From contig NW_018480078.1 of the NCBI RefSeq assembly GCF_002113885.1, forward strand, positions 825,375 through 889,374: 64,000 nt of DNA, written 5' to 3'. Made by a program: the position numbers and the translations under genes. Positions 14,037-25,000 of the stretch are shown here, in pieces; the stretch's first letter is position 1, and each line of letters starts with the position of its first letter. Source of the DNA: Mizuhopecten yessoensis. Taxonomy: Eukaryota. The notes below the pieces were generated by a model. The model worked only from the letters and a program-made list of their open reading frames with translations, was not told the origin of the DNA and searched no databases.

Positions 14037-15207
14037 CTATGTTTCTTTTAATATGAGCTTTTCTACTTTTTCTGTGTCAATGGTGACACCAATGTCTAGC
14101 GATTGGTTAAACTGATCCATAAGCAAACCCAGGGTAGCATCCTTTCCCGATTTTACCCGCCAATGCAACAGAATTTTCATCATCTGAGTACCACTATCAT
14201 GACAATCCATATCTATGTGATCTACATCGAGTTCAGGAATTCCTAAACACGTGGTCCACTGAATCTTGTCCTTTGGAGAGACGGTGGCGGAAAAGTTCAT
14301 CAACTGTTTATCAGTCAAGCGTAGGTGGCGTTTGTGTTCCGGCACGTGTATACTTGGTGTGGCTGCTTCTGCTGCAAAAGAACGTGTTACATATTTATCA
14401 GTTTAATAATAATAAAGTAATAATATACAACATTTATATAGCGCCCTAAATAATTTGTAAAACTAGTCTAAAGCGCTTTACAGCATAAGGATAATAGTAT
14501 TAGTTATGCTTGTTAATCCCTTTGTTTTGAAATAATAAAATATCTTGAAATGAAATCTTTATCACTTTGCATATTTTAAACAATTATGAAATGCTCTTCA
14601 GGTTGAATGAATCAGGGCAAGCATATATGATAATAATAATAATAATTCGAGGTTCTTATATACCGCTTTATCACAGCCTAGTTCGTAGGTCGTCTCAAAG
14701 CGGTTCACAAATTATTATCCGTGGTTATAGGGCCTTTGCAACCAGCCAATATCTTTCTCAACTCCCTGGGGAGCATACAGCCGGCGTTGCCATTTCGGCG
14801 CTCACAGCTAGCATTCTACAATTCTAGCACTGCTCAGCAACGTCCTCATGTACAGCTGAGTAGACTGAAACAAGCGGAGTAAAGTGTCTTGCTCAAACAC
14901 ACTCACCTTTCCCTGCCTTGTCCTCTGGTGGTAGGCCACTTTCAAGTTTGTCGATAATATTTGTATAATGTCTTTCTTTCAGGAGCTCAATTAGCACTTC
15001 ATATGATCCATCTTTAGATTTCATTAGACATTCGAGACATTTTCTGTTTTTATCACGAATTCTCTTGACTTGATCGATCTCTTGTTTAGTCTCTAGAGTC
15101 AATCCTTTTCCTACTAAATGAGTTATAAAATCTGAAACGTCGAAGTTTCCAACGATATACTCCATGTGTGCTTCTATTTTAGCCACATCTTTACCATCCA
15201 TTGGCAT
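14037..15207 (-). CDS. CARD + death-domain adaptor protein (CRADD/RAIDD-like architecture), copy A, 211 aa
   Basis: Exons 15207-14907 (CARD-like: LTLETKQEID...RDKNRKCLECLMKS..GSYEVLIELL) and 14371-14037 (DD-like: CLGIPELDVDHID...QMMKILLHWR.K.GKDATLGLL); phase-1 GT-AG intron joins them in frame; non-coding exon donor at 16184. Confidence 0.85.
14628..14897 (-). mobile_element. 5'-truncated Nin/CORE-type SINE in the CARD-DD intron of copy A
   Basis: Reverse complement of the SINE at 35588-35909 (ctccctggggagcatacagcc, taaagtgtcttgctcaa, (TAA)n tail); absent from the equivalent intron of copy B. Confidence 0.85.
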
Positions 15208-16242
15208 GACTCTAAAACAGAAATATATCATTTTCAGACAACATAATGAATCGGCAGTGAATGTTAAAACGTGTGCACGTTTGTTTCGCCATTGGATATT
15301 GCGGCTTCAATCTAACCGGCCCATTTCCTTGTGGTAGAATGGTTAAATCTTACATTTTAATAGTCACATTGTCGAATGAATTATCACTTTTACACAAAAT
15401 GTTAGTACTGACTGCATGGCATATCTTATATATTTCGTTATATACTGAAGAAAACATATCAAATATATCCATATACCCTGAAGCCTGTTGTCTAAACTTT
15501 TTGACATTGAACAACTTATTGCCAAAATCTTTTTTAATTAGCTTTAGGATAGCGCGTGGCTTTTTCTTATGTTGAAATAAACCGAAAGAACCCGCTGCTT
15601 ATGAGTTTTGCAATGTACTACATATTAAGCTTACATTTTATACAGATCCGTTTCTCGTTACAACGCGATCCGTGACCGTATACGTACAAAGTGGGTCATA
15701 TCAACCATGACATAATTACATGCAAGGCAATTAAAAAATGCATATATGTTCTAGCTTGTTTGACGATCACGAGTGCGCACATCTGGTTCAGATCACTCCT
15801 TGATCCCGTAGGACTATACATAGGTTATGCTATCCATTCTTTGGTATTATCACTTTCACTTTGTTCTTCGTCCTTGCATAGTACATGTATCTACAGTGTT
15901 GATGTCCCTGTTCCTGTTCAACCAAGTACATCAACACGTAGCTACAGAGAAATTGAGCTGTGGTACAATTTAAACATGGGATAGATTGTTTGTTAATTTT
16001 GTACAAAAATGAAGTTATCGGGAATGAAAACACGGCTTCTATATAGTCTGTCTCGAACCGGGCCAATCCACAGTCTAGTGATCAGTGTTCTGATAGTTAA
16101 GCCAACATGGTGTACTTTAAAGTATATAAGTGATATTTACCATATAACCATAACGACGATTATGAAAACTATATATAAACTTACCCCAATTTTTAAAGTA
16201 AGTCCACTTGTCCAGTATACAACCCGGTAGTTTATATCTTAG

Positions 16243-16268
16243 TTCCTGCTCTTTCGAATGACATGCGC
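16243..16268 (-). promoter_or_regulatory. Conserved proximal promoter block of CARD-DD copy A
   Basis: 25/26 identical to 20995-21020; just upstream of the non-coding exon donor; contains an ETS-like CAGGAA, with TATAAA nearby. Confidence 0.5.
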
Positions 16269-16989
16269 AATGGTAACATTAGCCTTACTCAAGTCCTCAA
16301 TCACATAATATTAACGAGTAAAAGATAAAAAAAAAATCGTAACCTCTTTGCGGGCGTACGGAAAACTAACAGCTTTTTTTTATTAATACATCTGTAAAAC
16401 AACATATGGCTAAATCCATTGATGAATTAAACTTCAGGTTCAGAAAGGTCTAACAATCGATAGTGTACGTGGAATCATTCTTTGAATGGGTGACCACGAC
16501 CCACTTATTTTTTTATTTTTTTTTCAGGTTGATTGTCTATGCCCTTGAAACAGTATTTTACAACCGTGAAATGCGCAACTGAACCTATTCAAATACACAA
16601 AATGACCTGTATTAAACAACGTGTTTTATGCAGAATATCTACTTTTGATATTCGTCATCGAGAATGATTTTCATTTGCTCTCAATATCAATACAGAATGC
16701 TCCTAAATGTCTAAAGAAATGTTGGCATTATAGAGTTGTTTTGGTGATTTACATTATGAATGTCATTAATATAAATCTGACAGAGGAGTTTTCTTCAATA
16801 GGAATATGTGTTAGTTTCAAGTTATTTCCATTGAACAAGGTGGTTGATGCACAGGCATATTAACACATCATTGCCTAGCATACTGGTGAAACAGTAGGTG
16901 TTTGGTCAACAAACTTACTTTGACAACACCATCACAGAATGACTGACAACTAAAGTGTTAAGATGAATTCGAAACGAATACATTGTTTG

Positions 16990-17725
16990 ACTTATTGTGT
17001 TTGTATTTTTTTCAGAAACTTGAAACTTCTACAGCAGAAATATTTTAGGATAGAAGTGATATTAATGGCACTGCGAAGACTTATGGTATAATGAATCACA
17101 TCTTTAAATGTGATTGTCTCAAGAATACATGTTGTATAATTATAATCTATTCCCCCATGAAATTCCTTCCTTTTCAGTTTTGTCGAAACACCGCAAAAGA
17201 AATACATAGTGACAACTCCCAATTGATTCCTGATCAAACGTTGACTAACAATAAATGCTATAATTACTTGTGAGTTCTTTGACCTTATATTTGCACAGTA
17301 GCAGGGACCTTGCTATTTTCATGATTGTGTAGGCGGACATTTATTTTATTTTGAAAACATGTTTTATATTATAAACAAAAAGTGACTTATTGTGTTTGTA
17401 TCATCTACGGTAGAAATACATTGATGTCACTGCGAAGTAATGAATAATCCAATACATTTATAAATAAGATTTTCTCAAGAATATGTTTATTCAATTATGT
17501 TGAAACATTGCAAAAGAAAGGTACAATGGCTACATCAGTGACAACTCCGAATCGATTCCTGATCAAACGTTGATCAACAATAAATGCTATTATTGCTTGT
17601 GAGTTCTTTGACCTTATATATTTGCACAGTAGCAGGGATCTTGCTGTTTTAGCGGACAGTAATCATGCGTAGGTGGAAATGTATTTTTTTTAAATTGAAA
17701 ACACGTTTTATATTAAAAACAAAAA
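16990..17725. repeat. Local tandem duplication of a ~350-390 bp non-coding unit
   Basis: gacttattgtgtttgta at 16990 and 17383; shared block gattcctgatcaaacgttga...gtgagttctttgaccttatat...ttgcacagtagcaggga. Confidence 0.8.
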
Positions 17726-18482
17726 TATCTTAATGGAAAATATGCCAAATATCCAACAGATAAATTGACTTGAATGTTTACCATTTGTAGTTCTACGTTA
17801 CAACAAATCATCAACAAAATCACGAAAAAAGGAGTTCCCGTCAATTTGGATATTAATGTCAAGCTAATTGAAAACCCAATACCTTGACTGTATGTTATAT
17901 GAATGGAAAAGGAGTAAGAGCACTTATATACATTTGAAACTCCGTGGTCATCTATGAGCTAATATGATGTTAAACTTATAAATGATATCATCAAAATCGC
18001 TATGATGTATTTTAATACAGTCAAACCCATGTAAAGAATATCAAAAGGAGTTAACTACTAAGTAAACAACATGATCGGAGTGGTAGTTATCAAAATCACT
18101 AGTTACTGTTGTCATAGTTACATATTCGTATAGGCTTTATGTTCAACCTAGAAAGACGTGTACTCCTTGTGTTAAAGTCTTTGAGTTTTAAATGGTGTTT
18201 ACTTAAAAGTAACGTATAAATGCGTATCGAAGGACCTGTCACTCAAACGAGTTTGTTACCAATACAGTTGATTGGTTATTACACTAACAAAGTATTGTAT
18301 TATCAAAGGGAACAATCATAGCATTCCCTGGTTTTACTTCTGCGCTCTCCTCCTTTACAATGGATACAAATATATCACGATATGTCACAGGAACCGGGAG
18401 TCTGGTATAGAATCAAGTTGGTGTTGTTGTTGTTGTTGTTCACAATTGTTGTTGAACATCACAATCTTCATCGTCATCGTCA

Positions 18483-19328
18483 TCATCGTAGGCCTTCAAT
18501 GATCTGCTCCATTTTGTCTGTGTCAATGCTGACACCGTTCTCGATGGCATCGTTAAAATGGTCCATAAGCACACCCAGGGTACAACCGTCTCTCGATTTA
18601 TTCCTCCATATAAACAGAAGTTTCATCATTTGTGCACGAACATCATGGTTTTCCATATCTATAACATCAACGTCATGTTTAGAAACTCCTAAACACGTGG
18701 CCAACTTTAACTTGTCCTTTGGAGAGACTGTTTTAGAAAAGTACATAAGCTCTTTTTCAGTCAGGCGAAGGCCTCGTTTGTTTTTCGGCACGTTTATACA
18801 TGATGTGCTTGCTTCTTCTGCAAAAGAAAAAGTCATACCATTTGTTGAATGTGCATAGCAGATATTATTTTGGTTTGTGAACGAACATGGTATATTCGAT
18901 TTGTTTTTTCCGTTTTTAATATGCAGCTTAAAGGTCTATTATGCAGCACATTTACGTTAGCTTTGTCATCCAAATATGAAGTACAATTTAATAGGGGAAG
19001 AGTTTAATATTGTGATGACGAACTCACCTGTCACTGCTGTTTCCTCGGGTGGAAGGCCACTTTCTAGTTTATTGATAATTTCTGTATAATTTCTTTTCCT
19101 CATGAGCTCAATGAGCACGTCATATGATCCATTTTCAGATTTCATTAGACATTCGAGACATTTTCTATTTTTATCACGAATTTTCTCGACTTTGTCAATC
19201 TCACGTTTAGTCTCTAGAGTCAATCCCCTTCCGACTAAATCAGTTATAAAATCTGTAACGTCAAAGTTTCCAATGATGTACTCCATATGAGCTCGTATTT
19301 TAGCCTTATCCCTGTGATCCATCGGCAT
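18483..19328 (-). CDS. CARD + death-domain adaptor protein, copy B, 211 aa
   Basis: Exons 19328-19028 and 18817-18483 have the same coding lengths (301 + 335 nt) and phase as copy A; non-coding exon donor at 20920. Confidence 0.85.
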
Positions 19329-20140
19329 GATTCTATAACAAAAAAAGGACAACACAGCGAATTAGCAATGGATGTTGAATAAGATTGTGTCACCTGGTAG
19401 AATACAGCAGCTTCCTACAGACACGGCTATAGAGAATTTCTCTTCGGCTCATCCGGTAGCTGTGTTAGACTAGTAACCAGAGGTTTGACACCTAGCTGTG
19501 GCACCGAATAACAATAATGACCCTTGTTACACTTGTTTCCGATTTTTATCTTTTATTTTTTTAGGGTGGGGGTAGGGGGGTATATTTCTTTGACAATTTC
19601 TCGGGGTACTGATTTTTTTTTTCTTCTTTTCATATAGTAACATTTTGTTGGTTCATTTATAAAATTATCATACTGACAGTATGGTATGTCTAAACTATGA
19701 AGATTGCACATACACCACCAAGGGAGAGAACTTAAACAGCACTCGAATATATGGTCCTATCTTTCTGGCATTGTAGTGCTTGTACAATATATTGATATTT
19801 ATATTTGTTATAAAGATCCTATCTAGTGGGGTTTTAATGTAAAAAAACAACAAACAAAAAACAATTTGTAAAAACCTGTTTTGAACAGTACATTCCGTCA
19901 TTTTCGGGTATTAAGCATACATGTATAAAATAATGAGATATAAAGGTTTGTTTAGCGACCTCATCTCGGGTTCTGATTCGCAAGTTCTTTTTCAATATTC
20001 CAATCACATCATCCCGCCACCTTCATTCAAATAAAAAAAAGGTTTTTCGCTTGTAATACAGCTCCCCAACCCACGGTCCGTATTCATGTAATGCGATGTT
20101 CAAATTATTCAAACTATATACATACATTCCTATACTAGAC

Positions 20141-20291
20141 ACATTTGTCGACTCTGTTAATTCGAATTTCCTCTGGCCCTGACACCACGCAGACTAAGAC
20201 ATTTTGACATGTAGACGTATGTTGTCTGTCAAAATGTCTAAGTCTGGTGTCAGGGCAAGGGTAAACTCGATTTAACAGAGTCGACAAATGT
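20141..20291. mobile_element. Fold-back palindromic MITE (~150 bp) in intron 1 of copy B
   Basis: acatttgtcgactctgttaa...gccctgacacca...gacattttgaca pairs with tgtcaaaatgtc...tggtgtcagggc...ttaacagagtcgacaaatgt; a fragment of the same family lies at ~29930-29975. Confidence 0.8.
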
Positions 20292-20994
20292 CATAGGTCT
20301 ACCTCACCCGTACCCACAGGTTAATGTCAACCGAAACACACACACATCAGAACGTGAAGGAATTAACAGATCCGTTTCTCGTTATTCCGCGTTCCGTGAA
20401 CATAACATAAAACATGTGCTATATCAGCCATTACAGGAAGCACAATAAAACACAAGTATGTTCAAGCATGTTTGACGAGTACGAGTAAGCATATCTTATT
20501 GAAATACCTTAGTGGCCCCTCTCGACTAGATAATCGTTATGATAACCTTATTTATGACATATTACTTTCACTTTGTTTTCGGTTACATATCATTTATACA
20601 TGTCTAGTTGGTGACCTTGATCTCGGTTAATCTCAAGTATACATCAGAACGAAGCTAAATGAGGTTTGTTATACAATTTAAACAACTTGCGATATATTGT
20701 TTAATAATTGTGTACAGAAATAAGTGTCCCGGAAGGTAAACTCGACATTTTATCGATCAAGAACCGGGTATATCGACCGTCCACTGACTGGGGGTCTCCC
20801 GGCACATACTAATTAGGGTTCAAAAAGTCAGTAGTATATATATGTCTCTGTTTTACTATAGCGTACATGTGATGCTTATAAATTATCATAATGAAGATAA
20901 GGTAAACTAAATAAACCTACCACTAGCTTTAAAGTACGTTCACCAGCCCACTGTGATGATCCGGCAGTTTATGTATGTCTATACCTAGTTATAC

Positions 20995-21020
20995 TTCCTG
21001 CTCCTTCGAATGACATGCGC
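20995..21020 (-). promoter_or_regulatory. Conserved proximal promoter block of CARD-DD copy B
   Basis: 25/26 identical to 16243-16268; ETS-type CAGGAAGT. Confidence 0.5.
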
Positions 21021-21215
21021 CAGGAGTCTAACTCAAGTCCCTAGATCACACAATAATAACAAAAGTTATATTTCTAAAAACGATAGTCAGCGCAGCTAAC
21101 AACATCAGTATGTGGTAATAAATTAACTGGAAAAGATATACTATACTTTTATTTTATTTTGACATCATATTAAATAGCATATGACCTAGAAAACGGCATA
21201 ATATATGACTTATAC

Positions 21216-21245
21216 CAGAGACGTATAATGTATTATACGTCTCTG
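21216..21245. mobile_element. 30-bp perfect palindrome with perfect 7-bp TSD (CTTATAC); putative P-element footprint
   Basis: cttatac|cagagacgtataat-gt-attatacgtctctg|cttatac. Confidence 0.65.
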
Positions 21246-21259
21246 CTTATACATATACA

Positions 21260-21590
21260 TCATCATTTATGTATTGACACTGACATCACATGAAATGCGA
21301 GATGACATGGTATAAATTGGTATTGCCTGCGATGTGACATTAATACATGATATAAATATTACGTTATTCGTCACATCACATCTCATTTTTTAGGCCATAT
21401 ATCATGTCATGTTATGTCATGTACAATAAATATATCAGAAAATATGTCATACTATGTAATGTCCTATTTGTGTCAAGTCTCATGTAACACGTCATGTGAT
21501 ATATTTTACATGTACTATATAACAACCAAAATGTCATGAACCATGTCATGTTATTCATGTACCACGTCATAATGTGATCATGTCATATGG
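21260..21590. repeat. Degenerate (ATGTC)n-type low-complexity repeat
   Basis: Recurrent catgtcatgttatgtcat motifs. Confidence 0.6.
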
Positions 21591-22056
21591 TTTACACTAT
21601 AAACATATCGGGTTCCAAATGATGTGCTAAAGACGCCACATTCAAAAAATTCAATTTAAATGTTTGGTTCATGGCTACAATAACTTAATTTTCACGTGTT
21701 CCCAGATTTTGCTGTTTTTGTTTAAGATCTGTGGAAACTTGGCAGTTATTGAGTCAGAAGAGTTATCACGGCAAAATAAGTAATGTCTCAATTACTCTTC
21801 ATCTCAAAAAAATGTTATTTCAGTACATCAGTCTAGGCGAAATGATGCGGTATAACGGTAGGTTGTATGTATCATGTACCAATATCATGTATGGATAAAT
21901 TGTTGTTGGATTTCTCATTCTGTTCATTTTAGAATCCAATTTTCGTTTGTTTCGCGGTAGCGCACACAACAACATATGGCGGGCAAGTAGGACTCAACCT
22001 TAAGCTTGGCCCAGACGGAGTAGGCATATATGTATGAGCTTGACCTATAACTGAAC

Positions 22057-25000
22057 ATGTACGGTATGATTCGGGGGATATCCCGCTTTAAATGCCAGCC
22101 TATCTGGCGGAATCTACTCGTACCTGCCACGGTGGTCAAAACGCCTTATTACTGTACAACTAACAGTAATGCAAGGGTACGTACAAAATGATTAACATTA
22201 TGTACTTAAAAATGTACTTGCTATTGTGTGAAGTGTTGTGATAGGATACATCTAGCTGTAGATCAATACACATGAAGCGGGATATTTAAAATTGTTTAAT
22301 GCTGAGAGAGTAACATTCATTGTGTCATTTCTACAGAAAATGTCACATATCAAATTTCGATCATATGAAGTTATCAATAGTTTCCAATCCTAACAGATAG
22401 ATTTTGTAAAATTTCATAAAAATAATCAATATTTGCGCTAATCGACTTAGTTCGATTAGAATACAATACATTTTACCGGTCTACCGGAATCGAGTAGGCC
22501 CATTTTGTTTTCAATTTTCCATTAGTTTCATTTTAGCAATAAGTTTCATTATTTAAATAAACGTGTTTATAGATACAATGTAGATGTATTTATTCCAGAA
22601 ATAAAATTTCCTCATTAATACATGTACGTTTGAAATTCACATTTATTCATAAAATAATAGTACATTCATTTGTAACTATGTTTAATAATTTTTTTTTAGA
22701 TATATCACTATGATACATTTTTCAGCTTTCACTGCTGCTGAAAAAATAGCCCAAATGAAAGTAATTACATTTATGTTTGACTTTGTCTTCATATTATTGT
22801 TTGCCCCTGTACATTTGCATTCTTATCATTAATTTCACCAACTTATCTTTCGTATAGAAAAAAACAAACGTTGGTTTCACGCACTTTGGCTTAGGACAAA
22901 TCGGGGAGGCCGTGGTTAGTCCACAGGGGCACGGTTCAGTAACTGGTTATTGAACCATGCCCCTGTGGTTATTCCTTAAAACCTCAAAATATTTTACTGC
23001 CCGCACTGAGAATCTAATGTATTACTTTGTATTTAATTAACTGTTTTAATATTAGTTTCAGGATAATGTAATTTTAATGGGCAGTCCTGGGTCCGGTAAA
23101 ACCACTGTTGGTCGACTGCTTGGTCCTAAATTAGGGATGGACGTGTTGGACATTGATGACCATCATCTCGAATCATTTTGGGGTATGCCTGTATCAGAAA
23201 AGGTGAGATAACATAGCTACACCTTTCTGTGTGTAACTAGTATTTTGTTATCATCATTGTTTGAAGTTACAATATAAATCTGCTTTATGATCGACGATTT
23301 GAGTGAAGACAGTTTCCATAGAAATGTATTAAAAGTATTGCAATTGGTGCGGCAATCTCTTGTCTAACCCGGTTGTCGCACACAGGGACCTTGTAATTAG
23401 TTACAGCTATATTTGGATCTAAACTAAGGTGTTCAGGTACTTTTACACGTTTTAGGGGTTTAGATCAAATGTCGGTAAAAAAAGCCACTCCAAATGATGA
23501 TATATACGGGCAATTTTACCCGGAAAGACAAAGTTGATCTAAACCCTTAAAACGTTTAAAACAACTCTGAACACCTTATAAAAGTAAAGCTGTAACAAAT
23601 GCTCATGCCCCTGTGTATAAGGAACGGCAACTCTGTGTAAAGTTTGGTTTGGTTTGGTTAAATATTGTTTAACGTCCTATCAACAGCTATGGTCATTTAA
23701 GGACGGCCTCTCCTGCGTGCAAGATGCATGTGTGTAGTGTATGCGTGTGTGTTTTGGGAGGCTGCGATATCTTCGTGTTTGCCTCCTTGTGATAGTGCGG
23801 AACTGATTCCGACTTTATAGTGCTACCTCACTGACACATACTGCCGCAGATACCCAGCAGGACACCCCACCGGAGGTACAATTCTTACGCCCTACCTGCA
23901 GGGACTCTGGGTAAAGATTCCGAGCGCAATGCATCATTTGCGATGTCTCTATGTCATCTATGTACACAGTACGTACATGTATCAAGGTTACGATCAGGTT
24001 CTTTCTTCCGTGTATAGGGAATGTGTATTGTATTGAAAACCTTGGTAAGCGAAGATTAGCACACCTAGAATTACCTAGATTCTACAGAAGACTCAACCTT
24101 TTTATTCTCAAACTGTGATGAAATAATAAACCTGCTGAATACATCAAGCAGATCGTATGAAGCGAATAGATCCGAGACTCCTTGCAGAATCAGTGTTTTT
24201 TTCTTCTGCATCTTCTGTTCCGCGAAGCCGACATTGATTACTACCTCCATCGCAACACTTCGGATCTTTATCTTTTGTGCCGCTTTAAAATGTAATTTTA
24301 TTCTAACGCCTGGTCATTGTTTGTTTGAATCTGTTAAATATGACGATATGATAACGAATGCTTGAAAACTAGTGCATTCTTTAGGCCAGCGTTGGACTGT
24401 AAGTCATGGCCCAATTATTTCCTACTGCTATTATCTAGTGACGGTAAGTCGAGTTTAAGTAGGCCGTATATTTACTTAAGGTAGTAGGGAGCGTCCAGAC
24501 ATTGTGCAAGCGCGTATGGCAAACGTGACTTAAATACTTTATCATCAGTAAAACGAGAGATAATATAGTTACCTGGTACCCAGCGTCCAAAACGAAATAT
24601 TGCTAACGTTATCGGTTCTCAAATATTGCTTTTACGATATGGGATATATATCAATTCATAAACATAAACATATATATACTCATGGATTTTGTTTACATTT
24701 TTAAAGTTGGCAGAAGTCGGATCAGATTCATTTATCGAAGAGGAAGGAAAAGCACTCATGGAGTTCAATGAACGTGGTAAAGTTATCTCCCTTACTGGTT
24801 CTAACCCCATGTACAAACCTGCGATGGACCACATAGCAAGGACGGGTACTGTGGTATTTTTGGATACACCCTCGGATGATATTGTTAGACGGTTAGAGGA
24901 AATGAGAGTCAATCGTATCGTAGGACAAAATGACGGAGTGACGATGGAAAGTATACTGAAATACAGACAACAGTTTTACGAAGGATCGTACGACATTCGT

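Noticed and set aside
18430-18500. Alternative frame after the copy-B stop reading AYDDDDDDEDCDVQQQL, suggesting a frameshifted acidic tail
   Set aside because: Copy A stops at exactly the same codon (both 211 aa), so the existing stop is probably ancestral and the GAT run is a UTR microsatellite.
18382-18858. 158-aa + strand ORF with poly-Leu and His-rich stretch
   Set aside because: Antisense shadow of the copy-B DD exon plus (TTG)n/(CAT)n microsatellites.
20835-20850. Single arm atatatatgtctctg of the 55252 family
   Set aside because: No partner arm or TSD found nearby; not counted as a footprint.
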